Below, in pieces: positions 9,228-18,110 of a stretch of 64,000 nt of DNA. Both the position numbers and the translations under genes were made by a program. The stretch comes from Chthoniobacteraceae bacterium (lineage in GTDB: Bacteria; Verrucomicrobiota; Verrucomicrobiia; Chthoniobacterales; Chthoniobacteraceae): the NCBI GenBank assembly GCA_037190965.1, contig JBBCKI010000062.1, forward strand, positions 1 to 64,000, written 5' to 3'. Positions within the stretch are counted from its first letter, which is position 1; each line of letters opens with the position of its first letter. The notes under the pieces were generated by a model. It worked only from the letters and a program-made list of their open reading frames with translations. It made no database searches and was not told the DNA's origin.

Positions 9228-9505
9228 TGTTTTCTCGATTCTTTAAGGAGCGCCTTCACGTCGCTGGAGATCTCGTCGAGCTTTTTCTCCGTGCCCTGGA
9301 ACTTCTCCTGTACCTGGCTATTAAGAACCTGACTTAGCTCCCGGTCTCGCTCCCGGTCTGCGCGATAGGTTTCGATCTGAACGTAACGCCGATCATTGCG
9401 AGCATCGCTTGCAAGTACGACATACGAAATTGCGCAGGTAAAAACGGCAACCGCCGCCCATTTGACTGCGCTGTCCGTCAGCTTCTTTTTCAGATACTCA
9501 GTCAT
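9224..9505 (-). CDS. Putative holin-like membrane protein
   Basis: Single N-terminal TM plus coiled coil at head of lysis cassette. Confidence 0.5.
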   Translation of the reverse strand: MTEYLKKKLTDSAVKWAAVAVFTCAISYVVLASDARNDRRYVQIETYRADRERDRELSQVLNSQVQEKFQGTEKKLDEISSDVKALLKESRKQ

Positions 9506-9575
9506 TGATTAACTTTTCCTTTATGGGCAGCGGCCCGGCGAGATACCCTCGCCGAGCCCCTGCAATCATGAGCGG

Positions 9576-10061
9576 TTACGGCTTGGCTTTCTCGCTCGCG
9601 ATAACCTGGTCGGCGATCACGATGAGGAACTCGTTCTTTGCAGCGGCATCGTTCGGCCCGGCCTCAACGACGACAAGCCGCTGCTGCTGAATCCAATCGT
9701 AAACCGCGACCGTGCCTCCGAGCGACTGGACCTTGGCGGCCACGTAGGATTTGTACTGCACCAGCGGCAGGAACTTCGCAGCCTCGCGGGTGTCGAATTG
9801 CTCGTAATCGCCGCGGGCAAATGCCAGGCTCACAACATGCGCCCTGGAGAGCTGCACGTCGTCGATGACAAACCCCTTCGCCTTCAGAGAGTCGTAAAAC
9901 TCCTGATTGGTGCGGGCCTCGTTCACGACGGCAGTCGTCCGGAGGTTTTTGGTGTACTGCTCGGGCAGCTTGGCCACGAGTTGGTCGACAGTGGCGGTGT
10001 TTGCGATTGCGGACCCCGCGAATGCGAAGGCTACGGCGATAATGGCGATGATGTTTTTCAT
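9576..10061 (-). CDS. Secreted hypothetical protein
   Basis: Sec signal peptide MKNIIAIIAVAFAFAGSAIA. Confidence 0.75.
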   Translation of the reverse strand: MKNIIAIIAVAFAFAGSAIANTATVDQLVAKLPEQYTKNLRTTAVVNEARTNQEFYDSLKAKGFVIDDVQLSRAHVVSLAFARGDYEQFDTREAAKFLPLVQYKSYVAAKVQSLGGTVAVYDWIQQQRLVVVEAGPNDAAAKNEFLIVIADQVIASEKAKP

Positions 10062-10078
10062 GTTCGATTTGGCCTTGA

Positions 10079-10399
10079 TCAGTTGTTCTTGGAAAGCTCG
10101 GCCTTCAGCTCTCGAAGAAATTTTGCATAGTCATCGGCGACAAGAGCGAAGCCGAATTGTTTGAAGCTACGCTCCCATCTGGTGAGAAGTAGCCCATAGT
10201 GAGTGGCGTTGTTTACCTTCGGAACCGGACCTCCAAAGATCTTCCATTCCATCGCAGTTCTCAGAGCGGTGTCGGTGATCTCGAAGGAAGGCTTTTCGCC
10301 AAACCATTTGATCCAAACGCTTTCGTTCGTGGCGTTGTAGTCGATGGCGCTGGCTGTGTGGGACATCAACGCGAGAATCAGAGTGATGATAGATTTCAT
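10079..10399 (-). CDS. Secreted hypothetical protein
   Basis: Start reassigned to MKSIITLILALMSHTASA (ATGA overlap with upstream stop). Confidence 0.7.
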   Translation of the reverse strand: MKSIITLILALMSHTASAIDYNATNESVWIKWFGEKPSFEITDTALRTAMEWKIFGGPVPKVNNATHYGLLLTRWERSFKQFGFALVADDYAKFLRELKAELSKNN

Positions 10400-10983
10400 G
10401 GATTGAAAGGTTGGCTCGTCCAGACGGGAACGATAGGTCTCCAGATACTGCGACCGCCTGCGTCGTCCTCGGTTCCGGTGGGCGTCATGACGCAATACGT
10501 CCAAATGAGTTTCGGGTTCGTCGGCGAGATCTGGCCGCCGATGTCTTTGACGACCAGGATCACGCCGCCGATAGCGCTGTTTCCATTCACTCGCATCGAG
10601 GAGATTGATTGCGTCGATGACTGCTTGATCCATTGGCGACGGTCTAAACGCTGCGAATCGGTGAAAAAGACGTCGGGGCGAACCGTCCAAATCTGTTGCG
10701 GTATGAATAGCTTCCCCGGGTCCGGCGAGTGGTAGAAGAAGACCATTGTCGCGTAGTTGTCCGTGGTTGCCTTCAGTTCAAAATCGGTGAATCCGATGGG
10801 GATCGGGATATTGAAGACAGCGTAAGGCGCGGACTTCGCGACTCCGTTGGATTCACGGAACTCATCAGCGGTCGGCCATTTGAGAACTCCCGTGCCAGGA
10901 TCGGCGGTAACTTGGCGCGTCTGCGCGTCTGCCGACAGCGAGATCAGAAGGAGCGCGAGAACTGTTAAGAACGTCTTTTCCAT
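10396..10983 (-). CDS. Secreted hypothetical protein
   Basis: Signal peptide MEKTFLTVLALLLISLSADA; beta-rich mature part. Confidence 0.75.
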   Translation of the reverse strand: MEKTFLTVLALLLISLSADAQTRQVTADPGTGVLKWPTADEFRESNGVAKSAPYAVFNIPIPIGFTDFELKATTDNYATMVFFYHSPDPGKLFIPQQIWTVRPDVFFTDSQRLDRRQWIKQSSTQSISSMRVNGNSAIGGVILVVKDIGGQISPTNPKLIWTYCVMTPTGTEDDAGGRSIWRPIVPVWTSQPFNP

Positions 10984-11705
10984 ACTTTAGCGTTTGTCGC
11001 TGCGTGAAAATCGAGAGGGCGGACAATAGCCCCCGGGGATGCCGCATCGGTTCCGGCGATTAGTTCCCAGATTCCCCAGTCGTGAGTCGCGTCATCAACT
11101 GCCCACAACGACGGCGAAAGCTCCACGGTAGCCACGCCATCGAGCTTCCCGGCGCCTCCAGTTAAACCCGTGACGCCCTGCGCGGCTGCGTGGACGAGAA
11201 GACCAAGCGTTGGCGCTGACTGCTTCACGCGGAGAGGCGTCATCACAGTGTTCATGCTGGCGCCGGCCTTTGCGTCCTGCTCCGTCGCATAGGCAACCGT
11301 GCTCACGATCTCGATCGATACAACCTCTTCGGAGGCGGCAAACGTCAGGTAGGCGCGAACTTTCATCGCGACGCCGAAACCGTCTGTCATCCCTGGCTTG
11401 AGTACCTCGGGCAATGGTGCGTAGGCGATCAGTGCCCCCATATTGTCAAAGACGCCCATACACCGGAGCAGGTAAGGCCCGCGGTCTTCCGAGATGGTCC
11501 CTTCGACGGTGATCTGTCGACCATTGACGGCCTGTGACTGTATCGGAACGCGGAGGATCTCCCCCGCAATTGCCTCGGACTCTGGCGTCAAAACGCCGCC
11601 ATCGCCCAGCCCCACGCCAATATGCGCGAGTTGCAATCGGTTTCCCGACGCGACGGCGGCAGCCAGCTTGTTTTGGCCGGTGTGCGTGAAGGTTAGCTGG
11701 TTCAT
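10965..11705 (-). CDS. Second tail fibre/collar protein (DUF3751-like N-terminus)
   Basis: T..G..KLA.A...G..L...HIG.G.G, G.FD..G.LIA...P...KP shared with the adjacent fibre. Confidence 0.75.
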   Translation of the reverse strand: MNQLTFTHTGQNKLAAAVASGNRLQLAHIGVGLGDGGVLTPESEAIAGEILRVPIQSQAVNGRQITVEGTISEDRGPYLLRCMGVFDNMGALIAYAPLPEVLKPGMTDGFGVAMKVRAYLTFAASEEVVSIEIVSTVAYATEQDAKAGASMNTVMTPLRVKQSAPTLGLLVHAAAQGVTGLTGGAGKLDGVATVELSPSLWAVDDATHDWGIWELIAGTDAASPGAIVRPLDFHAATNAKVWKRRS

Positions 11706-13192
11706 TACGCGGTACGCCTCCAGATATTGACCACGAAAAACGGCGGCAGATTGTTGTGGGCTTGGCCACTGCCAGCCGTTCCGCTATTCGTTGAAGGAAT
11801 GGAAACGCTGTGGGTGTGTGCTCCCGCGGAGCCGGATGGAAACTCCGGCATATCGAAGGTGTGCGTGTGTTCTCCGCTCGAAGTGATGGTGTATTCCGAT
11901 CCATCCGGCGATCCGTCTGTTTTCCGTAAAGCCTTTGTGCTGTCGCCGCTGTCGTCGTCGGACTTTACCTTATGAGTATGAGCCCCGCCGCTTGGAGTTG
12001 TGTAAGAAGGCGGGTCGATGACGTGCGTATGAGCCCCGCTGGACGTCGTCGAAATGTTCTGAGTCGGGTTGACGTGGTAGTGCGAAGGCAGTTCGTTGAC
12101 AGTCAATGTGTGCGTCTTCGCGCCGCCTGTCGCGCCGAGCACGCTGAATGTCGCATCGTCAGGGTTCAGCGAGACCGGCATTCTGCCTACGCCATGCCTT
12201 TCCCATGTTCCGAATCCCAAAAGCGCGGACGGGTTTCCGCTCCGATTCGTCATCCAGATTTCGCCGATTGGGAAGAGCGCGTTCAGGACCGTGATGAGCA
12301 TCTGGGAAGGTGTTTCAACCCCGAGATTGCTGCGGGCCGCTGCCGACTTTTCTGGACTCGAAAGCTCGGCCAGGTTGCTCCCGGTCCTTAGAAACTCGGC
12401 CGCTCCGGCTGGTTCGTTCTGGACGAACGTGATCTTCTCACCGCCCACGGCGGGCGTCGCCAAAGTGATCCGCGTGTCATTCTCGATGGTGTATTGCGTT
12501 CCATCGTTCCGGAGCCGAATTCCATCGACGTAGACGGCGGTCGAAACCATCGTTGCGATGGATAGGTCAACGACCGTTTGGGAACCCGCGAGGTTCTGGT
12601 TCTCTTCCACGATGTCCACAAGGAAGTTTAGACCCGATGCGGGATCATACCATTCGACGTCCCCGGGTTGATTGCTCTTCTTACGAAGAATTTGCCCGGT
12701 GGTTCCGCCTGGCAGCAAGATGGCGAGCGAGAAGTTTTCCGCAACCCATTGGCGGGTTGCCAAGACAACGGCCGGGTCGATCTGGAGGGCGATGATTGCG
12801 TTGGTTGAAACCTCCATGATGAACCGAACCACGAGATCCCGCGCGGAGCCTTCGGAGAGTTGGGGCTTGTAGGTCTCCGGGAAGTTTCCCACGGCGATGA
12901 GAGATCCGCCGTTATCGTAGAGGCCAACCTCTCGGATGCTCCATCCACCGGTTTCCGATGGCACAACCATTTCGGCGATGACGTAATTTGGATTCGCCGG
13001 GGATCGTGTGAGGTGGTTGAGTTCGGCCCGGTATACTTCCCGGACGAGTCCGCTTTGATTCGCATCGGGAATCGTTACGTTGCCGCCGCCGTCGCCAAGC
13101 GCCATGTGCGAGAGGTTGACAACCCCGCCGCCTTGAATGGCCGCCGCGATCTTGGCCGCGCCAAGGTTAGTGATGATTGTTTGAAAGCTCAT
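11705..13192 (-). CDS. Tail fibre protein (P2 gpH-like N-terminus, HxH-repeat tip)
   Basis: MALGDGGG, GGWSIREVGL, VGNFPETYKP; repeated AHTH/EHTH; HNNLPPF.VV.IWRRTA end. Confidence 0.9.
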   Translation of the reverse strand: MSFQTIITNLGAAKIAAAIQGGGVVNLSHMALGDGGGNVTIPDANQSGLVREVYRAELNHLTRSPANPNYVIAEMVVPSETGGWSIREVGLYDNGGSLIAVGNFPETYKPQLSEGSARDLVVRFIMEVSTNAIIALQIDPAVVLATRQWVAENFSLAILLPGGTTGQILRKKSNQPGDVEWYDPASGLNFLVDIVEENQNLAGSQTVVDLSIATMVSTAVYVDGIRLRNDGTQYTIENDTRITLATPAVGGEKITFVQNEPAGAAEFLRTGSNLAELSSPEKSAAARSNLGVETPSQMLITVLNALFPIGEIWMTNRSGNPSALLGFGTWERHGVGRMPVSLNPDDATFSVLGATGGAKTHTLTVNELPSHYHVNPTQNISTTSSGAHTHVIDPPSYTTPSGGAHTHKVKSDDDSGDSTKALRKTDGSPDGSEYTITSSGEHTHTFDMPEFPSGSAGAHTHSVSIPSTNSGTAGSGQAHNNLPPFFVVNIWRRTA

Positions 13193-13857
13193 ACCTGAAT
13201 TTCAATGTTTGCGATCCCGGAGGCGTAGAACCGCCCAGCCGCCTCGATCATGCTTGAGAAGATTGGATAGATGCGCGCGGTGTCGTCGGTGTGCTCGGCG
13301 ACTGCCACGTAGAGCCCTGGCCTCGCGACAAGCTCGCGAACCATGAAAGGCAAGATCATCGTGTCGATGCCGGTAACGGTTGCGGCTGTGATGTACGCGG
13401 CCACGTCCGTTTTCATGAGCGCATCGATACCAGCCAGGTGAGACCGAACATTCTTGCTCTCAAGTGCGATTCTCTCGATCTCCCCATAAGGAACTGCGTT
13501 CCCGCCACCATTGGAAATGTCGACCTGGAGACGGAACGTGTACGGCTCGCCCGTACGCTCGTCGATGTGGACTTCGTAGCCGACCGCCTGCAAGGCGCGC
13601 TTCAACGCTCCGATGGTTCCCTTCTTGCGATGTACTTCGATGCTTGCCGAAACGACATTGCGTTTTTTCTGTTCGGGCCAGGCTGCGTCCCACGAGTCAA
13701 CGTGAAGCGCCCACGCCAGCCATGGGAGAAGATCCAGTGGGCATTCCTGCGGACTCCACAACTCGCGGATTCGGATCGGAATCTGAGAGACTCTCTCGGT
13801 TGATCCGGCGATGGCCTTTTCCTGGGGCGTCCAGTTGGGAGGGATGATCTCGCTCAT
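13189..13857 (-). CDS. Tail protein I (P2 gpI)
   Basis: LWSP.ECP.DLLPWLAWAL.VD.W...HRKKGT. Confidence 0.93.
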   Translation of the reverse strand: MSEIIPPNWTPQEKAIAGSTERVSQIPIRIRELWSPQECPLDLLPWLAWALHVDSWDAAWPEQKKRNVVSASIEVHRKKGTIGALKRALQAVGYEVHIDERTGEPYTFRLQVDISNGGGNAVPYGEIERIALESKNVRSHLAGIDALMKTDVAAYITAATVTGIDTMILPFMVRELVARPGLYVAVAEHTDDTARIYPIFSSMIEAAGRFYASGIANIEIQV

Positions 13858-14744
13858 TCCGCAATGCCCCCATTGGTCAATGTGATGCCGGTGCAGTTGG
13901 CCGCCTGGTAGTAGGCGACCTCTACGTCTGATGATGGCGATGAAAGCGAAACGCGCTGCACTCCCCCCGGGCGGTGCAATGCAGCGTAGATCCCCGAGAG
14001 CGTGACATCTCGGCCGAGCTTCCGCTGATTTGCGATGTAGGCCTCGAGGCTGGTTTTCGCGCCTTGAATAACAGTGGTCGGATCTGGGCCGGAGTAAGTG
14101 TAGATTTGCGCGGAAATCGAATAGTTCACCAACGATGCCGCCTGGACGGTGACGATGTCCGTCAGTGGTCGAACGTCCTCAAGCTTGAGCGTTACCTTGT
14201 CCAGTGTCGCGGAGGATGGAACGCCGGTTCCCGAACGGGAAAGGACCGTAACAACGACTTCGCCGGGATCGACGGTCGGAGGTCCGACAACCGAAACGTC
14301 GGCGACGTCGACAACTTTGAGCGCGTGAAAAATGTAAGCTCCTTCTGGCCCGGCAACTGAGAGAGCTTCGGGCGCAAGCTGAATCCGTTTACGAAACTCC
14401 GCATCGCTTTCGTAGGTGGGCGGGATCGGCGGGAATGCGTTTGGGTTGCCCGGGTCGATGAGGTTTCGGGCCAGCCCCATGTTTGCGCCGCGCTGATCAA
14501 GGTCGCTATTGAGCGCATAGGCCAGCATCGTAGCGCGGGCCGCGTCGTTGACTCGCTGCCGGAGGAGAAGCTCGCGATAGGCAAAGATCTCAATGAGCTT
14601 GAATGCCGGATCTGATTCTACGAGCGCCGTGAACGCAGGATCTCGACTCTTCAAATCCGCAATCATATCTGCGGCGATCTCCTCGAAGGAAAGCGCCTCG
14701 ACAATGACAGGAGATGGAAGTTGAGAGAGGTCAATCATGGTCAA
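13854..14744 (-). CDS. Baseplate J protein
   Basis: IDLSQLP.P..VE, ESDP, SVAGPEGAY.FHA, VRPLTD. Confidence 0.95.
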   Translation of the reverse strand: MTMIDLSQLPSPVIVEALSFEEIAADMIADLKSRDPAFTALVESDPAFKLIEIFAYRELLLRQRVNDAARATMLAYALNSDLDQRGANMGLARNLIDPGNPNAFPPIPPTYESDAEFRKRIQLAPEALSVAGPEGAYIFHALKVVDVADVSVVGPPTVDPGEVVVTVLSRSGTGVPSSATLDKVTLKLEDVRPLTDIVTVQAASLVNYSISAQIYTYSGPDPTTVIQGAKTSLEAYIANQRKLGRDVTLSGIYAALHRPGGVQRVSLSSPSSDVEVAYYQAANCTGITLTNGGIAE

Positions 14745-15085
14745 ACGACGAGGCCATCAAGAACGACCGGAGAACCTTCCGGCAGATAAACCCCCTGAAC
14801 GGTCAGCGTTACCGATCCGGGTTCGGCCGCCGTGGCAAATACCCGCTCGAGCTGGAGCCTCGGCTCCCATCGCATCAGTGCTTCGGCCGTGGCGTAGTAG
14901 ATATTCAGGAGCGTTTCCCGGTTACTCGGCGCGTCGACGAGCTCGAAAAGGCGGGAACCGTAATCCCGTCGCATGACACGGGAGCCTACCGGCGTGGCGA
15001 GAATATCCCGGATGGATTGCCTCAGATGGTCGATTCCTGAGAGTGCTTTTCCATTCGTGCAATCAGTGCCGCGCATTGCACCCAA
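14741..15085 (-). CDS. Baseplate wedge protein W (gp25 family)
   Basis: HLRQSI.DIL.TPVGSRVMRRDYGS...WEPR. Confidence 0.93.
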   Translation of the reverse strand: MGAMRGTDCTNGKALSGIDHLRQSIRDILATPVGSRVMRRDYGSRLFELVDAPSNRETLLNIYYATAEALMRWEPRLQLERVFATAAEPGSVTLTVQGVYLPEGSPVVLDGLVV

Positions 15086-15134
15086 TCAACCATTCGAGAG
15101 AGGCGCTTTCTTGTGCGGATGTTTCGCCGAGACG

Positions 15135-15890
15135 TTAAGCGACAGGCGGCGCGGTCATGCTCGAACCGGATTCAACCCCCCCGTGAACATGTGTTTTGAG
15201 GCTGATCATGTCCGCCACGACATCGCCACCTGTAACGGTGATCGTCCGGTTTGAGGAGACGCCACTTTCGGTGATTTCGAACGTCGCGCCCCCGAGGGTG
15301 AGCGTAATTGCTGAACTGGTGATCTCCACGATTGCCGTCGTTCCGAGCTTTGCCGTCACAGCCGATTCGGTCAATTCAACGCTGGCCAGTGTGCCGAGCT
15401 TCGCCGCGATAGTCTCCTCGGTCATCTCAATGCTTGCCGCATCGCCGAGCTTTAACAGTGTCCGGTCTTTGGTCTGTTCCGTCGTATTTCGGCCGGTCAC
15501 AACCAGAGCTTTGCCGGCTTCGGTTAGGTCGGCCTTCATCGTGTGCGCCTCGCGGTCGTATTCAAGGACAGCGCCGTCTGCGTATAGGGTTCGGCTCACG
15601 GTGGCCGCGTCGGCCGGGGCAGGGTGGGCGCTTTGAAAAACGCTCGGAACGACGTAGCCGATCGCGTAATCGCCGGCAGGGGAAAGGACGAGAACCTGCT
15701 CGCCGACTTCGGGCGCGTGCCAAGACTGATCGCCTCCTGCGCGGCTGGTCATCCATGGGAGCCACGTCGTGAGATTCTTGCCGATCTTGACCTTCACCCG
15801 GGCTTTTGCGTAATCAGCCTCGGCGATCTTCCCGGGCCGCACGACGTTTGCGAGCCGACGCTCAAGTTCTCCGATTCGTGCGGCGCTCAT
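15135..15890 (-). CDS. Baseplate spike protein V
   Basis: WLPW...RAG...W.APEVGEQV; C-terminal HVHGGV iron-binding tip. Confidence 0.93.
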   Translation of the reverse strand: MSAARIGELERRLANVVRPGKIAEADYAKARVKVKIGKNLTTWLPWMTSRAGGDQSWHAPEVGEQVLVLSPAGDYAIGYVVPSVFQSAHPAPADAATVSRTLYADGAVLEYDREAHTMKADLTEAGKALVVTGRNTTEQTKDRTLLKLGDAASIEMTEETIAAKLGTLASVELTESAVTAKLGTTAIVEITSSAITLTLGGATFEITESGVSSNRTITVTGGDVVADMISLKTHVHGGVESGSSMTAPPVA

Positions 15891-16426
15891 AATTGAGGGA
15901 GTTCGGTCACTTCCTTGTAACGCTCAATATGGTCGGGTCCGATAAACGGCGCGTAGCTGACAAACAGACGCTCTGGAACCTCACCGACATTTTTCCAGAC
16001 GTCTTCACCAACCAAGGCGGACTGTTCCCATTCGATCCGCCAGACATTGTATTCCTTGCCATCCGCTTTGAACGAGTCTGGATAGCCTCCGAGAACTTTG
16101 GCGTTGCCAACCGGCTGGCCGAACTTCTTGCCTCGGATCAGAGCGGCGAGAGCAAGGCCCATCGTGCGGCATTCCAGCTTGCCCGTTGATTTGTAGGTCG
16201 TAGTGACGTATGCGGAAAAGCGCAGCACACAAGCGAACTGCTCGGTGCCAATGTCGTGCGGGTCATCTGCGTCGAATGAGTCGAGTTCAAAGAATATCCC
16301 CGGAAGCGGAATCTGTTCACCGGGCCGCGCGTAGCAATCGACGGCCGCATCCGGAAAGTTGGCCGCGATTGTGGCTTTAATTCCCCCGTGAAGGGCTACC
16401 AAGTCAACTTCTAGTTCGTCTGCCAT
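15887..16426 (-). CDS. Putative tail completion/terminator protein
   Basis: Start reassigned to MADELEV; GTEQ and VWRIEWEQ motifs; position between neck and baseplate genes. Confidence 0.7.
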   Translation of the reverse strand: MADELEVDLVALHGGIKATIAANFPDAAVDCYARPGEQIPLPGIFFELDSFDADDPHDIGTEQFACVLRFSAYVTTTYKSTGKLECRTMGLALAALIRGKKFGQPVGNAKVLGGYPDSFKADGKEYNVWRIEWEQSALVGEDVWKNVGEVPERLFVSYAPFIGPDHIERYKEVTELPQL

Positions 16427-16950
16427 TTGAGTTCTCGTGCAAATTCTTCGAGGAGCATCTTGCCGGCGAGGTCTGCCAACGTGGCGAGAATGAGCTCTGA
16501 TTTCTGAGCGATGGTGTATTCTTGCTTGTCGATTGGCAGGCCGTGCTTCTTGGGATTGACGTCTTTGTTGTTGCGGCGCTTGAAGACGTGATCGTTCAGC
16601 TTTCCAACAATGAACGCGCCGGGGGCTTTCCCCGGGCCTGCCGTTACCCCGCTGCCGTCCTGAGTGGCACCTAGCCGACGAAGCGAAATAGGGTCTAGGC
16701 CTACCCATACTTGACCGATGATCGAGTCGCCGGACTCTCTTGCCGCCGAGAGCTTGATTCGGCCTCCTATGATCTTCGATTCAACGCCCGATGCTCCCGC
16801 GATCCGTTTCCATGCTTCTTCGTTGACCCACCTGGACACCTTATTCACCGCTCGGCGCATGGCCGGAGCGATGGCTTTATCTCCATCCTCGAGCTTTGCT
16901 GCGAGTTCGTCGATCTGCTCAGTCGTCAGATGAATCTTCGTCTTCGCCAT
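16411..16950 (-). CDS. Putative neck/minor tail protein (lambda gpZ-like)
   Basis: AMRRAVNK, GAFI, VFKR, LPI motifs; position. Confidence 0.7.
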   Translation of the reverse strand: MAKTKIHLTTEQIDELAAKLEDGDKAIAPAMRRAVNKVSRWVNEEAWKRIAGASGVESKIIGGRIKLSAARESGDSIIGQVWVGLDPISLRRLGATQDGSGVTAGPGKAPGAFIVGKLNDHVFKRRNNKDVNPKKHGLPIDKQEYTIAQKSELILATLADLAGKMLLEEFARELKWQTN

Positions 16951-17263
16951 CGCTGATTTCCTCGGGAGGGTTGATCTCGTGGGAAAGCATTACTGTTGAC
17001 ATCCCCGTGCCATCTGGCTGGATCTGAATAACGCTCCAGCGTCTATCGGCGACGGTGACTTCCATCTCCCGCTTGAGTCCAGTTATGGCGGACTCTTTGC
17101 AGGTAAAACGGGGCTGCGTGGTATCCAATACGACCTCGCCAACTGACGAGTCGAAGAACGCATTGTCAAAGATCCCCGTGATAGAACGATCGCCGCCCGG
17201 CAGGTGTAAAACTACCGGGCGGCCAAAGTCATCAACGAAGACGTCGAGGTTCTCTTCGATCAT
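16919..17263 (-). CDS. Head-tail joining protein (FII-like)
   Basis: DFG..V, GIFD, QPRFTC, QPDGTG motifs. Confidence 0.75.
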   Translation of the reverse strand: MIEENLDVFVDDFGRPVVLHLPGGDRSITGIFDNAFFDSSVGEVVLDTTQPRFTCKESAITGLKREMEVTVADRRWSVIQIQPDGTGMSTVMLSHEINPPEEISDGEDEDSSDD

Positions 17264-17553
17264 TGGATGAATGCCGCGATCTCGAGTTCAACGTCGTCTT
17301 CATCGATGCTGATGAATTGCATCTCCAGAAGTTCAACCCTTCCGAATTTGTAGAACTCAAGAGGCCTGAGCAGTAGGCCGGATTCTGGTGTCGGAGTTCC
17401 GACAGATTTTGCACGGACTGCGCCCAATGGCTGAAGGGTGAACTCCTGGCTCAATGCCTCGAAAACATAGCCCAACTGAGCCAGTGTCTTTGCCTCATCT
17501 CCAACGGTTACGCTGGCATGCGGCTGATTCGGATTCGGGCGGGCGTCGGGCAT
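17260..17553 (-). CDS. Hypothetical protein (head region)
   Basis: Translationally coupled to both neighbours. Confidence 0.65.
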   Translation of the reverse strand: MPDARPNPNQPHASVTVGDEAKTLAQLGYVFEALSQEFTLQPLGAVRAKSVGTPTPESGLLLRPLEFYKFGRVELLEMQFISIDEDDVELEIAAFIQ

Positions 17554-17882
17554 TACGTTGTGGCGTTTGGGAATACCAGTGCCTTCTTGCCGCTACCACC
17601 GGAGTCATTTGCGCCCAGCGTTGCGCCGATGGAGGTAAGGAAAGCGGCGAGGTTCGACGCCTTCACGATGTTCCTGCCGGTCGCGCCGGAGTCGGAAATC
17701 TGGGCGACTGGAATCCTGATGTCGCTGCGCGTTTGAGGAGTGTTTGCTTGTGGCGTGGTGAAGTTCGCATCGCCGCGCCATACAAGATCGCGGGCGAGAT
17801 CTTCGCTTGCATCAAGCGTTGCTGCCGCTGCGTACTTGGTTCCCGCGACGTAGGTTTCCCGGACAAAGGTAATATTGACCAT
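17553..17882 (-). CDS. Hypothetical protein, possible head decoration
   Basis: Downstream of capsid; N-terminus resembles the 17886-18050 product. Confidence 0.65.
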   Translation of the reverse strand: MVNITFVRETYVAGTKYAAAATLDASEDLARDLVWRGDANFTTPQANTPQTRSDIRIPVAQISDSGATGRNIVKASNLAAFLTSIGATLGANDSGGSGKKALVFPNATT

Positions 17883-17885
17883 AGA

Positions 17886-18050
17886 TTATTTTTCGGGCTT
17901 GGGCTTGGGATTTTCCGGCTTCTCGGGGGTGAGTTCCGCGCTCTTGCGAAAAACGAGGTCTTTCGCCGTGCGCTTATCGAGCTCGGCGTTCTCGCCAATC
18001 TTGTAGAACTTGCCACCGATCACCGTTTCCTGGAGAAATTTGACTTTCAT
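17886..18050 (-). CDS. 54-aa hypothetical protein (below ORF track cutoff)
   Basis: MKVKFLQETVIGGKFYKIGENAELDKRTAKDLVFRKSAEL...KPEK*, fills gap after capsid gene. Confidence 0.7.
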   Translation of the reverse strand: MKVKFLQETVIGGKFYKIGENAELDKRTAKDLVFRKSAELTPEKPENPKPKPEK

Positions 18051-18110
18051 GATCTTTTAAGAAGGGGCGCCCAGCGAATGCCAGCCAGACGCCCCATCCC
18101 AACCAAAAGC

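Noticed and set aside
10965..13192. DGR or invertible tail-fibre cassette
   Set aside because: No reverse transcriptase, invertase, TR/VR pair or flanking inverted repeats seen
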